Shown here piece by piece: positions 34,281 to 44,988 of a stretch of DNA of 50,496 nucleotides. Made by a program: the position numbers and the translations under genes. Source of the stretch: a virus (lineage: Duplodnaviria > Caudoviricetes). The notes below the pieces were generated by a model. It was not told the DNA's origin. It ran no database searches and saw only the letters and a program-made list of their open reading frames with translations. The DNA lies in IMG/VR virus record IMGVR_UViG_3300020235_000070, positions 1 through 50,496 of that record. The stretch is one strand, 5' to 3'. Every line of letters begins with the position of its first letter. Positions within the stretch are counted from its first letter, which is position 1.

Positions 34281-34977
34281 AAGTCCCTTTGGTCATCCCG
34301 ATTTGAAAGGGATGTCAGAAGATGATATTGCAAATAGACTTGCACTATTAAATTCTACTGTAAAAGAACAAGGCGCAGCATTATCAGAAGCTACAAGAGC
34401 TGCTGCGTCAGTAACTAGTCCTACAGTAGAAGGTACACCTGAGCGTAAAACGTCAACTGCTGCTGAGTTCTGGGAAGATCCTGCTAAAGAGATCAAGACC
34501 ATGATTCAAGAGCAGATGGAAGAAACTATTAAACCTTTCAGAGAGGATCTACAGGCTGGAAGGGCACGAACAGCTTTGGAAAGGGTTACATCTAGACACC
34601 CTGACTTTGCTGAAAGAAAACCTATGATAGATTCTTTGCTATCTAGAATGGGAATAGAAGATCCAGATGAAGGAACTCTGGAAATGCTGTTTCATACAGC
34701 AGTAGGATTGCAGGTACAGGCAGGAGGAAATGCGACAGTTAAGGCAGAAGATCCAACCAGGGTAGAAGATTCACAGCGCAGAGATCCTCCACCTCAACAT
34801 GCCCCATCTAGCCATCCTGTTGCAAAGGGCACAGAAGGTAAGAAAGAATACAGAGAACTCACCGAGAGCGAGAAGGAAGTTCGTAGGATGCAGGGATTTA
34901 AGACGGATAATGAATACCTCGATTGGCTGGAATTAGACGATGCAGACCTATTAACCGAGGCTAAGACCAATGATTGA
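34126..34977 (+). CDS. Capsid scaffolding protein
   Basis: Acidic and helical, FWEDP, HPDF, C-terminal LTESEKEV...EYL; AAGGAG RBS. Confidence 0.75.
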   Translation: MVKMPWDKEKKEDKESTSKTSAGDLDLGDDKKDPPKKVETITDPPPTPTGTESPFGHPDLKGMSEDDIANRLALLNSTVKEQGAALSEATRAAASVTSPTVEGTPERKTSTAAEFWEDPAKEIKTMIQEQMEETIKPFREDLQAGRARTALERVTSRHPDFAERKPMIDSLLSRMGIEDPDEGTLEMLFHTAVGLQVQAGGNATVKAEDPTRVEDSQRRDPPPQHAPSSHPVAKGTEGKKEYRELTESEKEVRRMQGFKTDNEYLDWLELDDADLLTEAKTND

Positions 34978-35917
34978 CCCGATTGAAATTACACCAGATA
35001 AGGCAGGGGAACAGTATGATCTGCCAGAAGATGATCTGCCACAGGATGATATGCCAGAAGATGAGGGTGAGGGCAAGCAGGAGACAACAGCCTTTACTGC
35101 TGAAGAAGCTCTGGATGCTATAGCAGAAGCAGACGCGGATCTACCTCTCAATGAGTTGGCAGAGAATATAAAAGATCAACTGGTGGAGGCTGTTGAGGGG
35201 ATTATAGAAGAAGCTGCGGAAGCTGCTGAAGCTGTGACTGAAACTGTAGTACCAGATCCAGATGCGGAACAGGAAATCTGGGAACCTGGAGAACTTGCAA
35301 AGGTATATCCTTCTGAGGTTCCTGTTGAGGAACCTACAACTATCCATCGAACGCGACTTCCAGGGGACGAGATAAAAGCAGAACCCACAGTAGAGCGAGA
35401 TATTAAAGCTGCTGCTACTGAGTATAGTGTGAGTCAGTTGGAAATGGCTCACCAGTTTCTGAATAAGTATGGTATCAGAACAGATAAGCTCTCCGATCTA
35501 CAGGTTATGGAGAAGCTCCAGAAGATCCAAGATGCTAGAGAAGTTGCATCTCAGGTTCTTTCTCGTGGTAGAGTTATGGATACTGTGGACCGTATCTTAG
35601 AGGATCTACCAGACGGGTTGGTAGGGGAATTCAAGCGAGATAACGATCTTGATATATCTCGTGCTAGGGCTCTGCATTGGCAAGTGTATATAGATAAAGA
35701 GCTTGCTCAACAGACACTTACTGCCGCAGATGATGGGTGTGTTAGGTTAGGCGATCTAATACTTATGGTTATACCAGAGGAGACTTACGTTGGTAATCGC
35801 CTCGCAAGGGCTGACAGACTAGCCGAAAGGAGGGTAGTAAGGAAAAGAAAGGGGAAGCCAAAACAAGGGGACGAGATTATGGGAGCCGATCCCAAAGTCC
35901 CCATCATTCAACTGTAG
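34970..35917 (+). CDS. Head-module protein with a long acidic N-terminus
   Basis: C-terminal RLGDLILMVIPEE motif; lies between the scaffold and cement genes. Confidence 0.65.
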   Translation: MIDPIEITPDKAGEQYDLPEDDLPQDDMPEDEGEGKQETTAFTAEEALDAIAEADADLPLNELAENIKDQLVEAVEGIIEEAAEAAEAVTETVVPDPDAEQEIWEPGELAKVYPSEVPVEEPTTIHRTRLPGDEIKAEPTVERDIKAAATEYSVSQLEMAHQFLNKYGIRTDKLSDLQVMEKLQKIQDAREVASQVLSRGRVMDTVDRILEDLPDGLVGEFKRDNDLDISRARALHWQVYIDKELAQQTLTAADDGCVRLGDLILMVIPEETYVGNRLARADRLAERRVVRKRKGKPKQGDEIMGADPKVPIIQL

Positions 35918-35926
35918 GAGATAGTT

Positions 35927-36403
35927 ATGGGACTGCAAAGGTTCCAGCCTGCAAGACGGGCTTCTGGCCCGCCGGAAATTGCGGAGTTTGATATTCAAGC
36001 TTCTGCAACTTTCCCAGCAGGCGCTCCGGTGCAGCGGGATACCGTAGAATCCGATATTGAAGAAGCTGCCGGTGGCGCAACCGTCGATGGTATTATCGGA
36101 ATAGGTATGTTTGGTGTAACTGCGGGATTGCCCGCTCCGAAAGGTAGCACAGGATTCGGAACCAGAGTTCTAGTGGCGATAGCAAACCACGATCAAGAAT
36201 TCTGGGGGATGCTTTCAGACGGGACTGATGTTCAGGTTCCTGATTCTGGAAATGAGGGTACGGACTACGGAATAGTCAAAGTCAGTGGCGAGTGGTATGT
36301 GGATGAATCCGATATCAGCGACGTTGTTTTGACAGTTACGAAGTCGTTCCCTGACAACAGGACTCTGTTGTTCAAATTCCTCGCAAGCGCCGTATCTTTC
36401 TAA
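35927..36403 (+). CDS. Capsid cement/decoration protein (putative)
   Basis: 158 aa, Gly/Ala-rich, directly upstream of the MCP. Confidence 0.6.
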   Translation: MGLQRFQPARRASGPPEIAEFDIQASATFPAGAPVQRDTVESDIEEAAGGATVDGIIGIGMFGVTAGLPAPKGSTGFGTRVLVAIANHDQEFWGMLSDGTDVQVPDSGNEGTDYGIVKVSGEWYVDESDISDVVLTVTKSFPDNRTLLFKFLASAVSF

Positions 36404-36415
36404 AGGAGGAGTATT

Positions 36416-37321
36416 ATGCATGTACGCGGCGCATTTAATCATCTGCTGCGCCCAGGGCTTCGGAGAGACTTCAGAGACAGTTATATGGGCTTTGAAGAAG
36501 AGTATAGCAGGATTCTCCGTACTGGAACTATGGATAGAGCAGAAGTAGAAGTTACCACCATTTCTAGTCTGCCAAGACAGGTACAGATGGCTGAAGGTGA
36601 GTCATTTACTATCGTTGACGCAGAGCTGGCTGACAAGATTGTTTATTCGGATACTCAGTTCGGTCTTGGGATTTCAATATCTCAGGAGCTTATGGAGGAC
36701 GATCAGTATAACAAGGCTAATCAGTCTGCGAAGTGGTTGGCACGTTCCACGAGGCTTTCACAAGAGCATGAGGTTGGGGATTGGCTTGACGATGCTTTTG
36801 ATGGAAACACGTTCACAGGATTTGAGGGAGAGTCCCTAATCTCTGCTTCGCATGAACTTATCGGATCGGATCAAACGTGGTCTAACCAGATTGCTGGAAA
36901 TCTCCAGCTTGGTGTGACTTCTCTCCAGGCAGCGTTTGAGCTTGGTGAGCAGACAGTAGATCATGTCAATGAGCCGATTCCGGTTCGTATTGACACGTTG
37001 TTTATTAATATCGCAGAAGAGTGGATGGCAAGACAGCTCACGATGAACGAGCATGAGCCGTTTACTTCTGACCGCAATATTAACGCAACACGTAGTAAGA
37101 GGCAGCTTTCTTTCGTTGTTTCTCACTACAAAGATCAGACTGGTTCGGACTGGTTTGCGCGTGACACGCAGATGCACGATGCACATTTCCTGTTTAGAGT
37201 GCGTCCACAGTTCCCTGACTGGTTTGAGGACAAAACTCGTTCTGCTTTCTTCGCCTCAAGGCAGAGGTTCCTCGTCTATCACTACGATCCTAGAGGCTGG
37301 ATCGGATCTAACGCGGCCTAG
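36416..37321 (+). CDS. Major capsid protein (HK97 fold, Mu gpT-like)
   Basis: LLRPGLR, EGE, ISQELMEDDQY, L.SASH, DPRGWIGS; strong GGAGGAG RBS. Confidence 0.9.
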   Translation: MHVRGAFNHLLRPGLRRDFRDSYMGFEEEYSRILRTGTMDRAEVEVTTISSLPRQVQMAEGESFTIVDAELADKIVYSDTQFGLGISISQELMEDDQYNKANQSAKWLARSTRLSQEHEVGDWLDDAFDGNTFTGFEGESLISASHELIGSDQTWSNQIAGNLQLGVTSLQAAFELGEQTVDHVNEPIPVRIDTLFINIAEEWMARQLTMNEHEPFTSDRNINATRSKRQLSFVVSHYKDQTGSDWFARDTQMHDAHFLFRVRPQFPDWFEDKTRSAFFASRQRFLVYHYDPRGWIGSNAA

Positions 37322-37335
37322 GGGGGCATATTATT

Positions 37336-38043
37336 ATGGGTGCTACCCATCGCTCAGGGCCGGTTCTTCTCTCTGGCAGGGATCTAGACCGAGAATGGTT
37401 TGTTGATCTGCCTGTGTGGGGAGATCCTGATTTTCTCGTTAAGATGGATGATTTTGACGGGATCGCGATTGATTTGACTAACGACTGGACTCAGCTAGAA
37501 GATGGTAATGCTTCTATGGCGATAGAGGCGGATACTGAGGGTGGTCGGCTTCTCATGTCTACTAGTGCGAACGATAATGAGGGCACTAGTATTCAGGGAA
37601 ATGAAATCTTTCGTGTCGCGACCAGCAGGAATATTTGGTTTGAGACTAAGATTCAACTCTTAGATGCCACTAACTCCGAGTATTGCTCTGGTCTTACTAT
37701 TAACTTTATCACTGATCCAGAGGCCATTCTTGCTTCGCCTGACAGGATCGTGTTTGAGAAGCTCGATGGGAATGAGGACATTATCTGCATCACTGAGATA
37801 GGTGGTGTGGAAACGAGAATTGATTCTCAGCGAGACGTTGTTGCTGCAACGGATATAACACTTGGGTTCAGAGTTGTTGGTACGGGCCTAGTGTTATTCT
37901 ACGTGGATAGGCAGTTAGTCGCTACTGTTACCACAAACATTCCTGACGATGAAAACTTGGCCCTCGCAGCTTACGTTTTAGCCGGTGATGCTGCTGGTAC
38001 AACTCTGGCGATTGATTATATCTCTGGAGTTCAGTCAAGATAA
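37336..38043 (+). CDS. Virion structural protein (beta-sandwich)
   Basis: THRSGPV N-terminus, DDF, WFETKI, FYVD, IDYI. Confidence 0.65.
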   Translation: MGATHRSGPVLLSGRDLDREWFVDLPVWGDPDFLVKMDDFDGIAIDLTNDWTQLEDGNASMAIEADTEGGRLLMSTSANDNEGTSIQGNEIFRVATSRNIWFETKIQLLDATNSEYCSGLTINFITDPEAILASPDRIVFEKLDGNEDIICITEIGGVETRIDSQRDVVAATDITLGFRVVGTGLVLFYVDRQLVATVTTNIPDDENLALAAYVLAGDAAGTTLAIDYISGVQSR

Positions 38044-38055
38044 GGAGCTTAACTT

Positions 38056-38304
38056 ATGAAAACTAAAGCCTTAATAGTCGGGGGCTTAGCTTCATTTGAA
38101 GGCCCGTGGGTACATCTGGACGAAGGAGAATGGTTAGTCGAGCCATCGCCAGATTTTGAAATTCATCTTTCTGGTACTGATAAACTGTGGTATCCAGAGC
38201 CAGATGGGGAGTATGAGTTTACTGGTCCCATTAGAATTAGAGCCTTTGTTGTAGACGATTACAAAGGTGATGGAGTATTTATCCAAGCAAGGAAACTCAC
38301 ATGA
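38056..38304 (+). CDS. Hypothetical protein
   Basis: 82 aa, AAGGAG RBS. Confidence 0.6.
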   Translation: MKTKALIVGGLASFEGPWVHLDEGEWLVEPSPDFEIHLSGTDKLWYPEPDGEYEFTGPIRIRAFVVDDYKGDGVFIQARKLT

Positions 38305-38651
38305 AGGCAGAAGAATGGGATGCGATAACACACTTCAGTTCATACGAATTTCCACATCCTGAAGAAATGGAGATTGAACTTATCTCTATGCTGTCAAAGG
38401 CTAGGGATATATCTGGGATACCTTATAAAGTGAGTTCTTCATTTAGGGACGGTGATCCCCGAACTCATGGACAAGGTGAGGGAGTTGATATTAAAGCTGC
38501 TACAGGTAGGCAAAGGTATTTGATAGTTATAGGACTACTCGAAGCAGGCTTTGTTCGTATCGGTATATACAATAAGCATATCCATGCGGATGTGGGACAC
38601 GAAGATGATGGATTCCCGCAGCGTGTCATTTGGCCGGGGAAATCGAAATGA
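38301..38651 (+). CDS. Peptidase M15A-type endolysin
   Basis: HFS..EF, SSFR, H..G.GVDI, RIGIY..HIHAD zinc-ligand motifs. Confidence 0.85.
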   Translation: MKAEEWDAITHFSSYEFPHPEEMEIELISMLSKARDISGIPYKVSSSFRDGDPRTHGQGEGVDIKAATGRQRYLIVIGLLEAGFVRIGIYNKHIHADVGHEDDGFPQRVIWPGKSK

Positions 38652-39364
38652 GCCTTACAGTCACCAGAATGATCTCGTTGTTGCGAAAAGGTCTTGGGGG
38701 TATAACTGCTACAGAACTACCGGATGCTGATGCAGAAGAACTCTTAAATATGTCTCTATGGGAACTGGAGGATAAGTACCCTTTTGAAACCAAAGAGACA
38801 GTCTTTACTTCAACCCTCAAGGTAAATAAGTTTGAATATAACCTAGGTGGGATCTCTCGACTTGATGCTTTGGTTTCGATCTCTTGGGTTGATACAAATG
38901 GTCAAAGTCATAAGCTAGATAGAATGACTAGAGCCAGGTATGATGAGATTTTCGAGGATGGAACTGGAAGTGATCCTGTGGGGCCTCCGGTTCAGTTTTT
39001 GAGGGAAGGTAACGTACTTACAGTATGGCCCCCGCCTAGTGATGAAGAAGATGGAAAGACACTCAACATAGCCCTCAAAGAATCTGTAGAATCTCTGTCA
39101 GGTGGAGCTGATACTACGGGATTGCCTAGAAACTGGGATGAACTTGTGTTGATGGGAGCTATATCCAGAGGCCACTTCTACAGCCTCGACTATTCTCAAG
39201 CTAGGGAATCTAGAAATTTCCAAGTAGGTGTTATACGTTCTACAGTTTCTACGGAGGCAAAGGAAGAAGAAGATTCTCGTTATGCAGGACTTGAGGTTGC
39301 TTGGGATAGACCCTCATCCCCTGGAAGTATTGACTCAGATTCAGATTCAGTACCTAGGAGATAG
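38648..39364 (+). CDS. Head-tail adaptor protein
   Basis: LLN..LWEL...YPF, EYNL, GPP..F.......WPPP, LP..W.EL..GA. Confidence 0.7.
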   Translation: MSLTVTRMISLLRKGLGGITATELPDADAEELLNMSLWELEDKYPFETKETVFTSTLKVNKFEYNLGGISRLDALVSISWVDTNGQSHKLDRMTRARYDEIFEDGTGSDPVGPPVQFLREGNVLTVWPPPSDEEDGKTLNIALKESVESLSGGADTTGLPRNWDELVLMGAISRGHFYSLDYSQARESRNFQVGVIRSTVSTEAKEEEDSRYAGLEVAWDRPSSPGSIDSDSDSVPRR

Positions 39365-39366
39365 CT

Positions 39367-39597
39367 TTGACTACTTGGACTAAAAAGTCTCCTTCAGCTT
39401 CGATTGATTGGTTAAAAACAGTCACGTTTGAGAAAGATTCAGATGGTTTTTACTTTGGAGCTTCTGGAATAATTAAAGGAAAAGTTCCATCTAAGGGAGC
39501 AGATAACTTCTACAGACTTGCTGGTACGCTGGAAGGTTCAGGATCGTATCTCGTTGGTAAGACTGTAGGTAACTTTATACAATCGGAGTTGAGATGA
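39367..39597 (+). CDS. Hypothetical protein
   Basis: 76 aa, TTG start with an AGGAG RBS. Confidence 0.5.
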   Translation: MTTWTKKSPSASIDWLKTVTFEKDSDGFYFGASGIIKGKVPSKGADNFYRLAGTLEGSGSYLVGKTVGNFIQSELR

Positions 39598-40796
39598 GTC
39601 CATTTCCTGATGGAACCGAGGTAGACGGGAATATTCCCTACATAGGGCAGTTCTTTGATAAAGGTGGGACCGTCTTTAATGTAGTGCATCCTGATTTTGG
39701 TGCGACAGGAGACGGGGCTACCGATGATGGGCCAGCGTGGAATCTAGCTGTTACTAATATGCCTGCTAATGGTGGGACTATTCAAGTTCCTGCTGGAACG
39801 TATGAACTAACAACTGCTTTCGACTTTGCAGCAAAGGATGGAATTGTACTCTGGCTTATGCCAGGGGTGGTGTTGACAGGGGAAGCTCTCCCCACGCCTA
39901 CAGGGGATAACTTTATCCTAGACTGGCGTTCTGGTGAAATAAATCAATATGGTGCAGGTACGGAAACATCGACTACTACCAATATCAATATTGCTGGTAG
40001 CACTCTAAATAAGTCTAGTATCAGAATAAACGAAGGAGATGCACCATCCACTCCGGTTAATGGAGATATATGGGTTACTAATGCCGGACTGTTTGTCTTT
40101 ATTAACGGAGGTACAGTAGGACCACTTCTTGGTGGGCCGCTCTCAGTTGCTGCGGAAGATATAACAGGAACGACAATGGCTATAAATGTCGTCGCCTTTC
40201 CGGGTTTAATTTCAACAGGAGTTATTACGGCTGGCGAATTCGTTACACTTCATGTTACGGGTCAGACTGCGATAGGGGTTGCACTTGGTGGTACTGCTAG
40301 ACTACGAGTAGTTTTGGATACCGATGGGGAAAACATAGCTAGATTTGAACACTCTGGCTCTCCAGAACCAAGGGGATTAAAGATTGAATATACTGGTGCT
40401 GCACCAAATAGCACCGGATGTAACTTCTTACAGATGCGAGATACAGGAAACATTCGTGCCTTCTTTGTATCAAATGGTGGACTCCATAACCCTCAGTCTA
40501 ATGATTTAGATATATCAGATGAAAGGACTAAGAGTGTTATAGGTCCACTAGATGCAGAAGCAGCTTGGAGTGCTATTGGAGGTATTGAGGTTGTTCGTTA
40601 TAAAGACAAAGGTCAGAAGGACGCAAGGATAGCCATTGGAGCTACAGCACAATGTATACGCGACTGTATGCCTGAGTCAACTCGTCGTTGGCACGATGAA
40701 ACTAAGCTGATGGGAGTCTACAATAAAGACGTTGTATTTTCCCTAGTCAGATTAGTTCAAGATTTACGAGATCGCGTTGTGGAACTGGAGAACTGA
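39594..40796 (+). CDS. Tail spike/fibre with a pectate-lyase-3-type start and a C-terminal S74 intramolecular chaperone
   Basis: FNV..DFGATGDGATDD, VPAGTY; SDERTK, GATAQ, terminal coiled coil. Confidence 0.8.
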   Translation: MSPFPDGTEVDGNIPYIGQFFDKGGTVFNVVHPDFGATGDGATDDGPAWNLAVTNMPANGGTIQVPAGTYELTTAFDFAAKDGIVLWLMPGVVLTGEALPTPTGDNFILDWRSGEINQYGAGTETSTTTNINIAGSTLNKSSIRINEGDAPSTPVNGDIWVTNAGLFVFINGGTVGPLLGGPLSVAAEDITGTTMAINVVAFPGLISTGVITAGEFVTLHVTGQTAIGVALGGTARLRVVLDTDGENIARFEHSGSPEPRGLKIEYTGAAPNSTGCNFLQMRDTGNIRAFFVSNGGLHNPQSNDLDISDERTKSVIGPLDAEAAWSAIGGIEVVRYKDKGQKDARIAIGATAQCIRDCMPESTRRWHDETKLMGVYNKDVVFSLVRLVQDLRDRVVELEN

Positions 40797-41236
40797 TGTT
40801 AGTTAAGAATATCTTCATAAAGGATAAGCTTGCAGCTTTGCGGGAGTGTGGCAAGACCACTCCTCCGATGCATATTGCGATGGAAATGGTGAAGTTGCAG
40901 AAGCTTATGTTGTATCAACTTGATGATATTAGTGAGTTGAACAATGGGCTGATAAGTAAGTATGGAGAGGAGAAGGATGGAACACAGGCTATTGGACCTA
41001 CATCGCCAGGTTGGAAGGCATATGCCAAAGGTTACACTGAGCTTATGGAATTAGAGGTTGAACTTGGTGATCCGTTTGTTATTTACCAAGAAGATGGTGA
41101 GATTAGTTGGGATGAAGATGGTCAAAACACGATAATCCTTTCTCCAAATGTCATTGTAGATATGGGTGATCTTTTGGATATTAGGATCTTAGATGAGAAG
41201 GACATTAAGATCGTTGAATCTGGAGGAAAAAGCTGA
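40796..41236 (+). CDS. Tail-fibre-associated hypothetical protein
   Basis: LISKYGEEKDG...ELMELEVE pattern; TGATG coupling. Confidence 0.6.
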   Translation: MLVKNIFIKDKLAALRECGKTTPPMHIAMEMVKLQKLMLYQLDDISELNNGLISKYGEEKDGTQAIGPTSPGWKAYAKGYTELMELEVELGDPFVIYQEDGEISWDEDGQNTIILSPNVIVDMGDLLDIRILDEKDIKIVESGGKS

Positions 41237-41883
41237 TGTGCGCGTATTCTGTATTATGGAATGAAGCCACGCCTATAGGTACGTCTACGAACGCTAATAC
41301 ACTGGACACAGAGATACAGGAAGTCAAGGAATCTATCCGAGAGAGGATGAATGATATTCTCGATCCGAATACTCTTTGGGAAGATAATGATGCTCAACCC
41401 AAGCTTCTAGATTTCGCCTCAATACGCGACATTTCTACCCTGACTGGAACTCCACAGGTTGCACTAGTTTACAATGATACTACCCAAACTATAGTTACTG
41501 GCGTTGCGTTGTTAGTTCCATTTGATTCTGAACACTTCGATACCAACGACTTCCACGACAATGTTTCCAATAACTCTAGGCTAACCGTCACAGAAGCAGG
41601 GTACTATCGGATATATATGGATCTACAAATCAATGCTGGTGCTAATGGTGACTCTTTAACCTATAAGCTGTTTAAGAATGGGAATCCCTTGCATGAAATG
41701 CGACGACAGTTTGATCCTGTTACTGCTGAGTTAAGTAATATCGGTTTTGATGTTGTAGACCTATCGGCTGTGGATGATTTCTACGAAATAGAACTTGCAC
41801 AAGGTAGTGGTAGTAACTGGAGTATTCTCCAAGATACAGATTTGGGCTTCTTTGGTATAGAGAAGTTAAATGGTACAACCTAG
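41236..41883 (+). CDS. Virion protein with a C-terminal C1q/TNF-like domain
   Basis: VPFDSE.FDT...SRLTV.EAGYY.I...DFYEI. Confidence 0.65.
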   Translation: MCAYSVLWNEATPIGTSTNANTLDTEIQEVKESIRERMNDILDPNTLWEDNDAQPKLLDFASIRDISTLTGTPQVALVYNDTTQTIVTGVALLVPFDSEHFDTNDFHDNVSNNSRLTVTEAGYYRIYMDLQINAGANGDSLTYKLFKNGNPLHEMRRQFDPVTAELSNIGFDVVDLSAVDDFYEIELAQGSGSNWSILQDTDLGFFGIEKLNGTT

Positions 41884-43492
41884 CAACGCAACGGTCACTC
41901 AGCTTAAGCCTGCTGCTGAGGATCTAAAAGGGTACGCGCACGAAGAAGAACTTGGGGGGTTACTTGAGGTTACCGATCTCACCCCAGGTATGATGACTTC
42001 TCCGCCTAGGTCAAGTCGGGCTTCTGGTAGTTCTCTTTCTATTATCAATGGAAGAATTAGGGATGGAGGAATTGCTCGACGTGGAGGCTATCCCGACTTC
42101 ATAACCAAGCCTGACTCCAACCCGATCATGCGGCTTATAAGTTTTCATGGAGAGGGTAACGATAATAGAATAGTTAGAGTATCTAACGGTGGACTTCATG
42201 TAGCAAATACAACTGCTAATTGGACTTCCTACACCGGAACACCCTATTCTATATTCCTAAGAACTGACTATGCACAGATACTAGGGAATCTGTATTTGTC
42301 TAACCCTAGTAAGAAGATCATAAGTATTGATTTTCTAGATCAAAGCTATGCAGAACTATCCGATGTTAATGCACCTACCTGTAAGTATATTACATCCTTT
42401 GCTGAGAGAATCCTTGCAGCATATATCTATCATCCTACTGATGGTGAGTTACCTTTTGGACTCCAATGGTCTATAAATGCAGACCCATCGGTATGGACAG
42501 GGAATGGTTCTGGATCAGAGAATCTAATTCAATCTCCATCTGACACAGGGGATGAGATAACAGGATTGTTCACGATCAGTAATGTCGGTGTGATAATGAG
42601 AGAGCGGTCCATATGGCTAATCACTCGCCAACCTTTCTCCTCTGCACCATTTAGATTTACTGCCGTAGCCAATATTGGATGTGACATGCCTTGGAGTATT
42701 GCTAGGGTGAGTGATGAACAGGGTAAGGTTACAGGACTGATATTTGCAGACAATAGAACTAGAGGGATCTATTCTTTCACACCTGGATCTAGGCCCAAAA
42801 GATTAGATGGATCGGTAGCTGTTGAAGATCAGTTGTTTACTACTATGACTGATCCTAAGCTTGCAGTAGGAACATATGACCCACGGAATGAGAATTACCA
42901 TATAGGGCTTCCAACTACTGCTCCGCCCACAACCGATCTACAAAAGTTCTGGGTAGTAAATATCAAGTATGGTGGGGCTATTCTTGCTGATGATGGCCCG
43001 GTTTGTACATCTATTGATGTGGTGACAGATATTGGTGCTCCGCTTATGATAGATGATTTGGTTGGGGTGATAGATGATCTAACTGGGGTAATTGATGATT
43101 TGGGTGGAGTATTCAAATTTGAGCCGATACTTGTAAAGGGAGATACTGCTGGTCAGTCTATTGTAGAAGATGATGATGAGGCTGGCGCACATACCTTTAC
43201 ATGGACTAGTCAGGATCTCGGGTCTGTATCCAGAGAAAGGTTAATAAAGATTGTTCAGATAGCTATAAGTGCTAGTGGATCTGGCAATACAATATTTGAG
43301 TGGTCTACAGATGCCGTTGTTTGGACTACACTTAAAACCTTTGCTGATGTATCAGCGTTGAGTAAGATAGGATTCAAGAAACAGTTGAGGGGCGATAGAA
43401 TATATTGGAGAGTTACTTCCTTAGCTCCTGATTTTACAATGACAGAGTGGTGGGCCAAGGTTCAGGAGTTGGGTTTGAAGGACATAGCATGA
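41870..43492 (+). CDS. Tail nozzle / DNA stabilisation protein (P22 gp10-like)
   Basis: RRGG, LQWS..DP..W, GDEITGL, ERSIW, IGC...SI; beta-propeller-like. Confidence 0.7.
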   Translation: MVQPSNATVTQLKPAAEDLKGYAHEEELGGLLEVTDLTPGMMTSPPRSSRASGSSLSIINGRIRDGGIARRGGYPDFITKPDSNPIMRLISFHGEGNDNRIVRVSNGGLHVANTTANWTSYTGTPYSIFLRTDYAQILGNLYLSNPSKKIISIDFLDQSYAELSDVNAPTCKYITSFAERILAAYIYHPTDGELPFGLQWSINADPSVWTGNGSGSENLIQSPSDTGDEITGLFTISNVGVIMRERSIWLITRQPFSSAPFRFTAVANIGCDMPWSIARVSDEQGKVTGLIFADNRTRGIYSFTPGSRPKRLDGSVAVEDQLFTTMTDPKLAVGTYDPRNENYHIGLPTTAPPTTDLQKFWVVNIKYGGAILADDGPVCTSIDVVTDIGAPLMIDDLVGVIDDLTGVIDDLGGVFKFEPILVKGDTAGQSIVEDDDEAGAHTFTWTSQDLGSVSRERLIKIVQIAISASGSGNTIFEWSTDAVVWTTLKTFADVSALSKIGFKKQLRGDRIYWRVTSLAPDFTMTEWWAKVQELGLKDIA

Positions 43493-43776
43493 CCACTTTT
43501 GTAGAGGATGGTGATACTGATTTCCAATTAAATATAATACTTAATCAAGGCCTTGAATTAAGTGATAACTTTAAGGGGGCCTTACTTGAGACTAGTCTAG
43601 TAGCTGGAGTTAACACAGTCCTACATGGTTTAGGATTTATACCAATAGGGTATATAGTGCTTTATACAGAAGATGAAACAACAATCTTTGGAACGGATGT
43701 AACATTGTGGACAATAGAACAGATATTCTTGAATTCGAGTGCACCGAGCCCGAGGGTACGGTTGTTCGTACTGTAA
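43489..43776 (+). CDS. Small tail protein
   Basis: HGLGFIPIGY (H.LG..P) fibre-type motif. Confidence 0.55.
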   Translation: MTTFVEDGDTDFQLNIILNQGLELSDNFKGALLETSLVAGVNTVLHGLGFIPIGYIVLYTEDETTIFGTDVTLWTIEQIFLNSSAPSPRVRLFVL

Positions 43777-44396
43777 CACCTACCAAACTCTCTGCTGAAA
43801 GACTCGGATTCCTCTGGGAGAAGCTATCTGAGTTCGATGTGCTATTTAATGACTTTGTAAATGGCGATCTTCGAGCTTTTATAAGTCATTTTATAGTTCA
43901 GGTCGATGGTGAACTCAAGCCAACTGGATTATTCTGGGACGTAGACGATGTGGGGATATTACTTTTGAAGGAAATGATTCCCCTCCAATCTGCTGAAGCC
44001 CACTTTGTTTTTTGGGATAGGAGATTTAGGGGTAGAGAGAATTTGTGTAGGGGGATGCTCAAGCATGTGTTTGACCAGTTTAAGTTTGAACGGATAGAAG
44101 TTAGGGTTCCTCTGTATGCTCAGGATACTATCCTAGCTGTTGAAAGATTGGGCTTTGTAAAGGAAGGTAGACTCAGGCGGTGTGTGCCATATAAAGGTGA
44201 TTGGTTTGGTGTGAACATATACTCAGTTCTCCCTGATGAAGTTGAAGGGGATTTCTCAATAACTAACAGCCAAGGTAGAAACGCACGACACACAACTTGT
44301 ATGGAATGTGGAAATAAGTTTGATGCTGCCATTAAAAAGAGGAAGATCATGCGTCCTGTAAAGAGGGCTAAGGAGGTTCATAATGACCGGGCCTAA
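43707..44396 (+). CDS. GNAT (RimJ/RimL-like) acetyltransferase
   Basis: RFRGRE, ERLGFVKEGRLR; GNAT genes commonly sit here in podovirus tail modules. Confidence 0.75.
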   Translation: MDNRTDILEFECTEPEGTVVRTVTPTKLSAERLGFLWEKLSEFDVLFNDFVNGDLRAFISHFIVQVDGELKPTGLFWDVDDVGILLLKEMIPLQSAEAHFVFWDRRFRGRENLCRGMLKHVFDQFKFERIEVRVPLYAQDTILAVERLGFVKEGRLRRCVPYKGDWFGVNIYSVLPDEVEGDFSITNSQGRNARHTTCMECGNKFDAAIKKRKIMRPVKRAKEVHNDRA

Positions 44397-44988
44397 CATT
44401 GACAAGGTAGGAACAGAATCTCAGGCTTCGCCTTTAACTGACGATATTCTTAAGCAGTTACAGGGTATCTTGTCCCAAGGAGGATTAGGTACTGGAGCTG
44501 GTCCTCTACAGAGAGAAGCCGGAACTGCAATCCAGCAATTTGTAAAGGCTCTCCAGGGTACTCTTGGTGGAAGATCAGAGGGTGTTAATAAATTGATTGG
44601 TGGCCTTGAAGCCGGTAGTAAACGTAGGACTGATACGGCTGCTGCGGATCAAAGAGAGGCATTTGGAATAACAGGCAGTAGGTTTGGATCTCCATTAGCA
44701 ACCAGTGAAGCTTTGTTAAGAAGTGAATCTGCTACGGGATTAGATCAGACTATCGGAGGGATATTAGAAACCTCTCGTCAGTTTGATACCAATGCACTTC
44801 TTGCAGGTATATCACAGTTGTTTGGTCAAGGTCAAGCAAACACTAACGCGTTCACAAATCTACTACCTCTAGGTGTATTTCAGGAAGAAGTTATTGCGAC
44901 CCCTGGAGTATTCGATCAAATTCTTGCTGGATCTATTCAAGCTGGAAGTAATTTCCTGCTTCCTAATCCAGCTGGAGCGGTCACATAA
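44383..44988 (+). CDS. Putative DNA ejection/pilot protein
   Basis: Gly/Gln/Ala-rich, G.RFGS; AAGGAGG RBS. Confidence 0.55.
   Translation: MTGPNIDKVGTESQASPLTDDILKQLQGILSQGGLGTGAGPLQREAGTAIQQFVKALQGTLGGRSEGVNKLIGGLEAGSKRRTDTAAADQREAFGITGSRFGSPLATSEALLRSESATGLDQTIGGILETSRQFDTNALLAGISQLFGQGQANTNAFTNLLPLGVFQEEVIATPGVFDQILAGSIQAGSNFLLPNPAGAVT

Noticed and set aside
36416-37321. Stop-codon reassignment (TAG recoding), suggested by the abundance of TAG/CTAG
   Set aside because: Core genes are intact in the standard code, and the major capsid gene and several others end properly in TAG.
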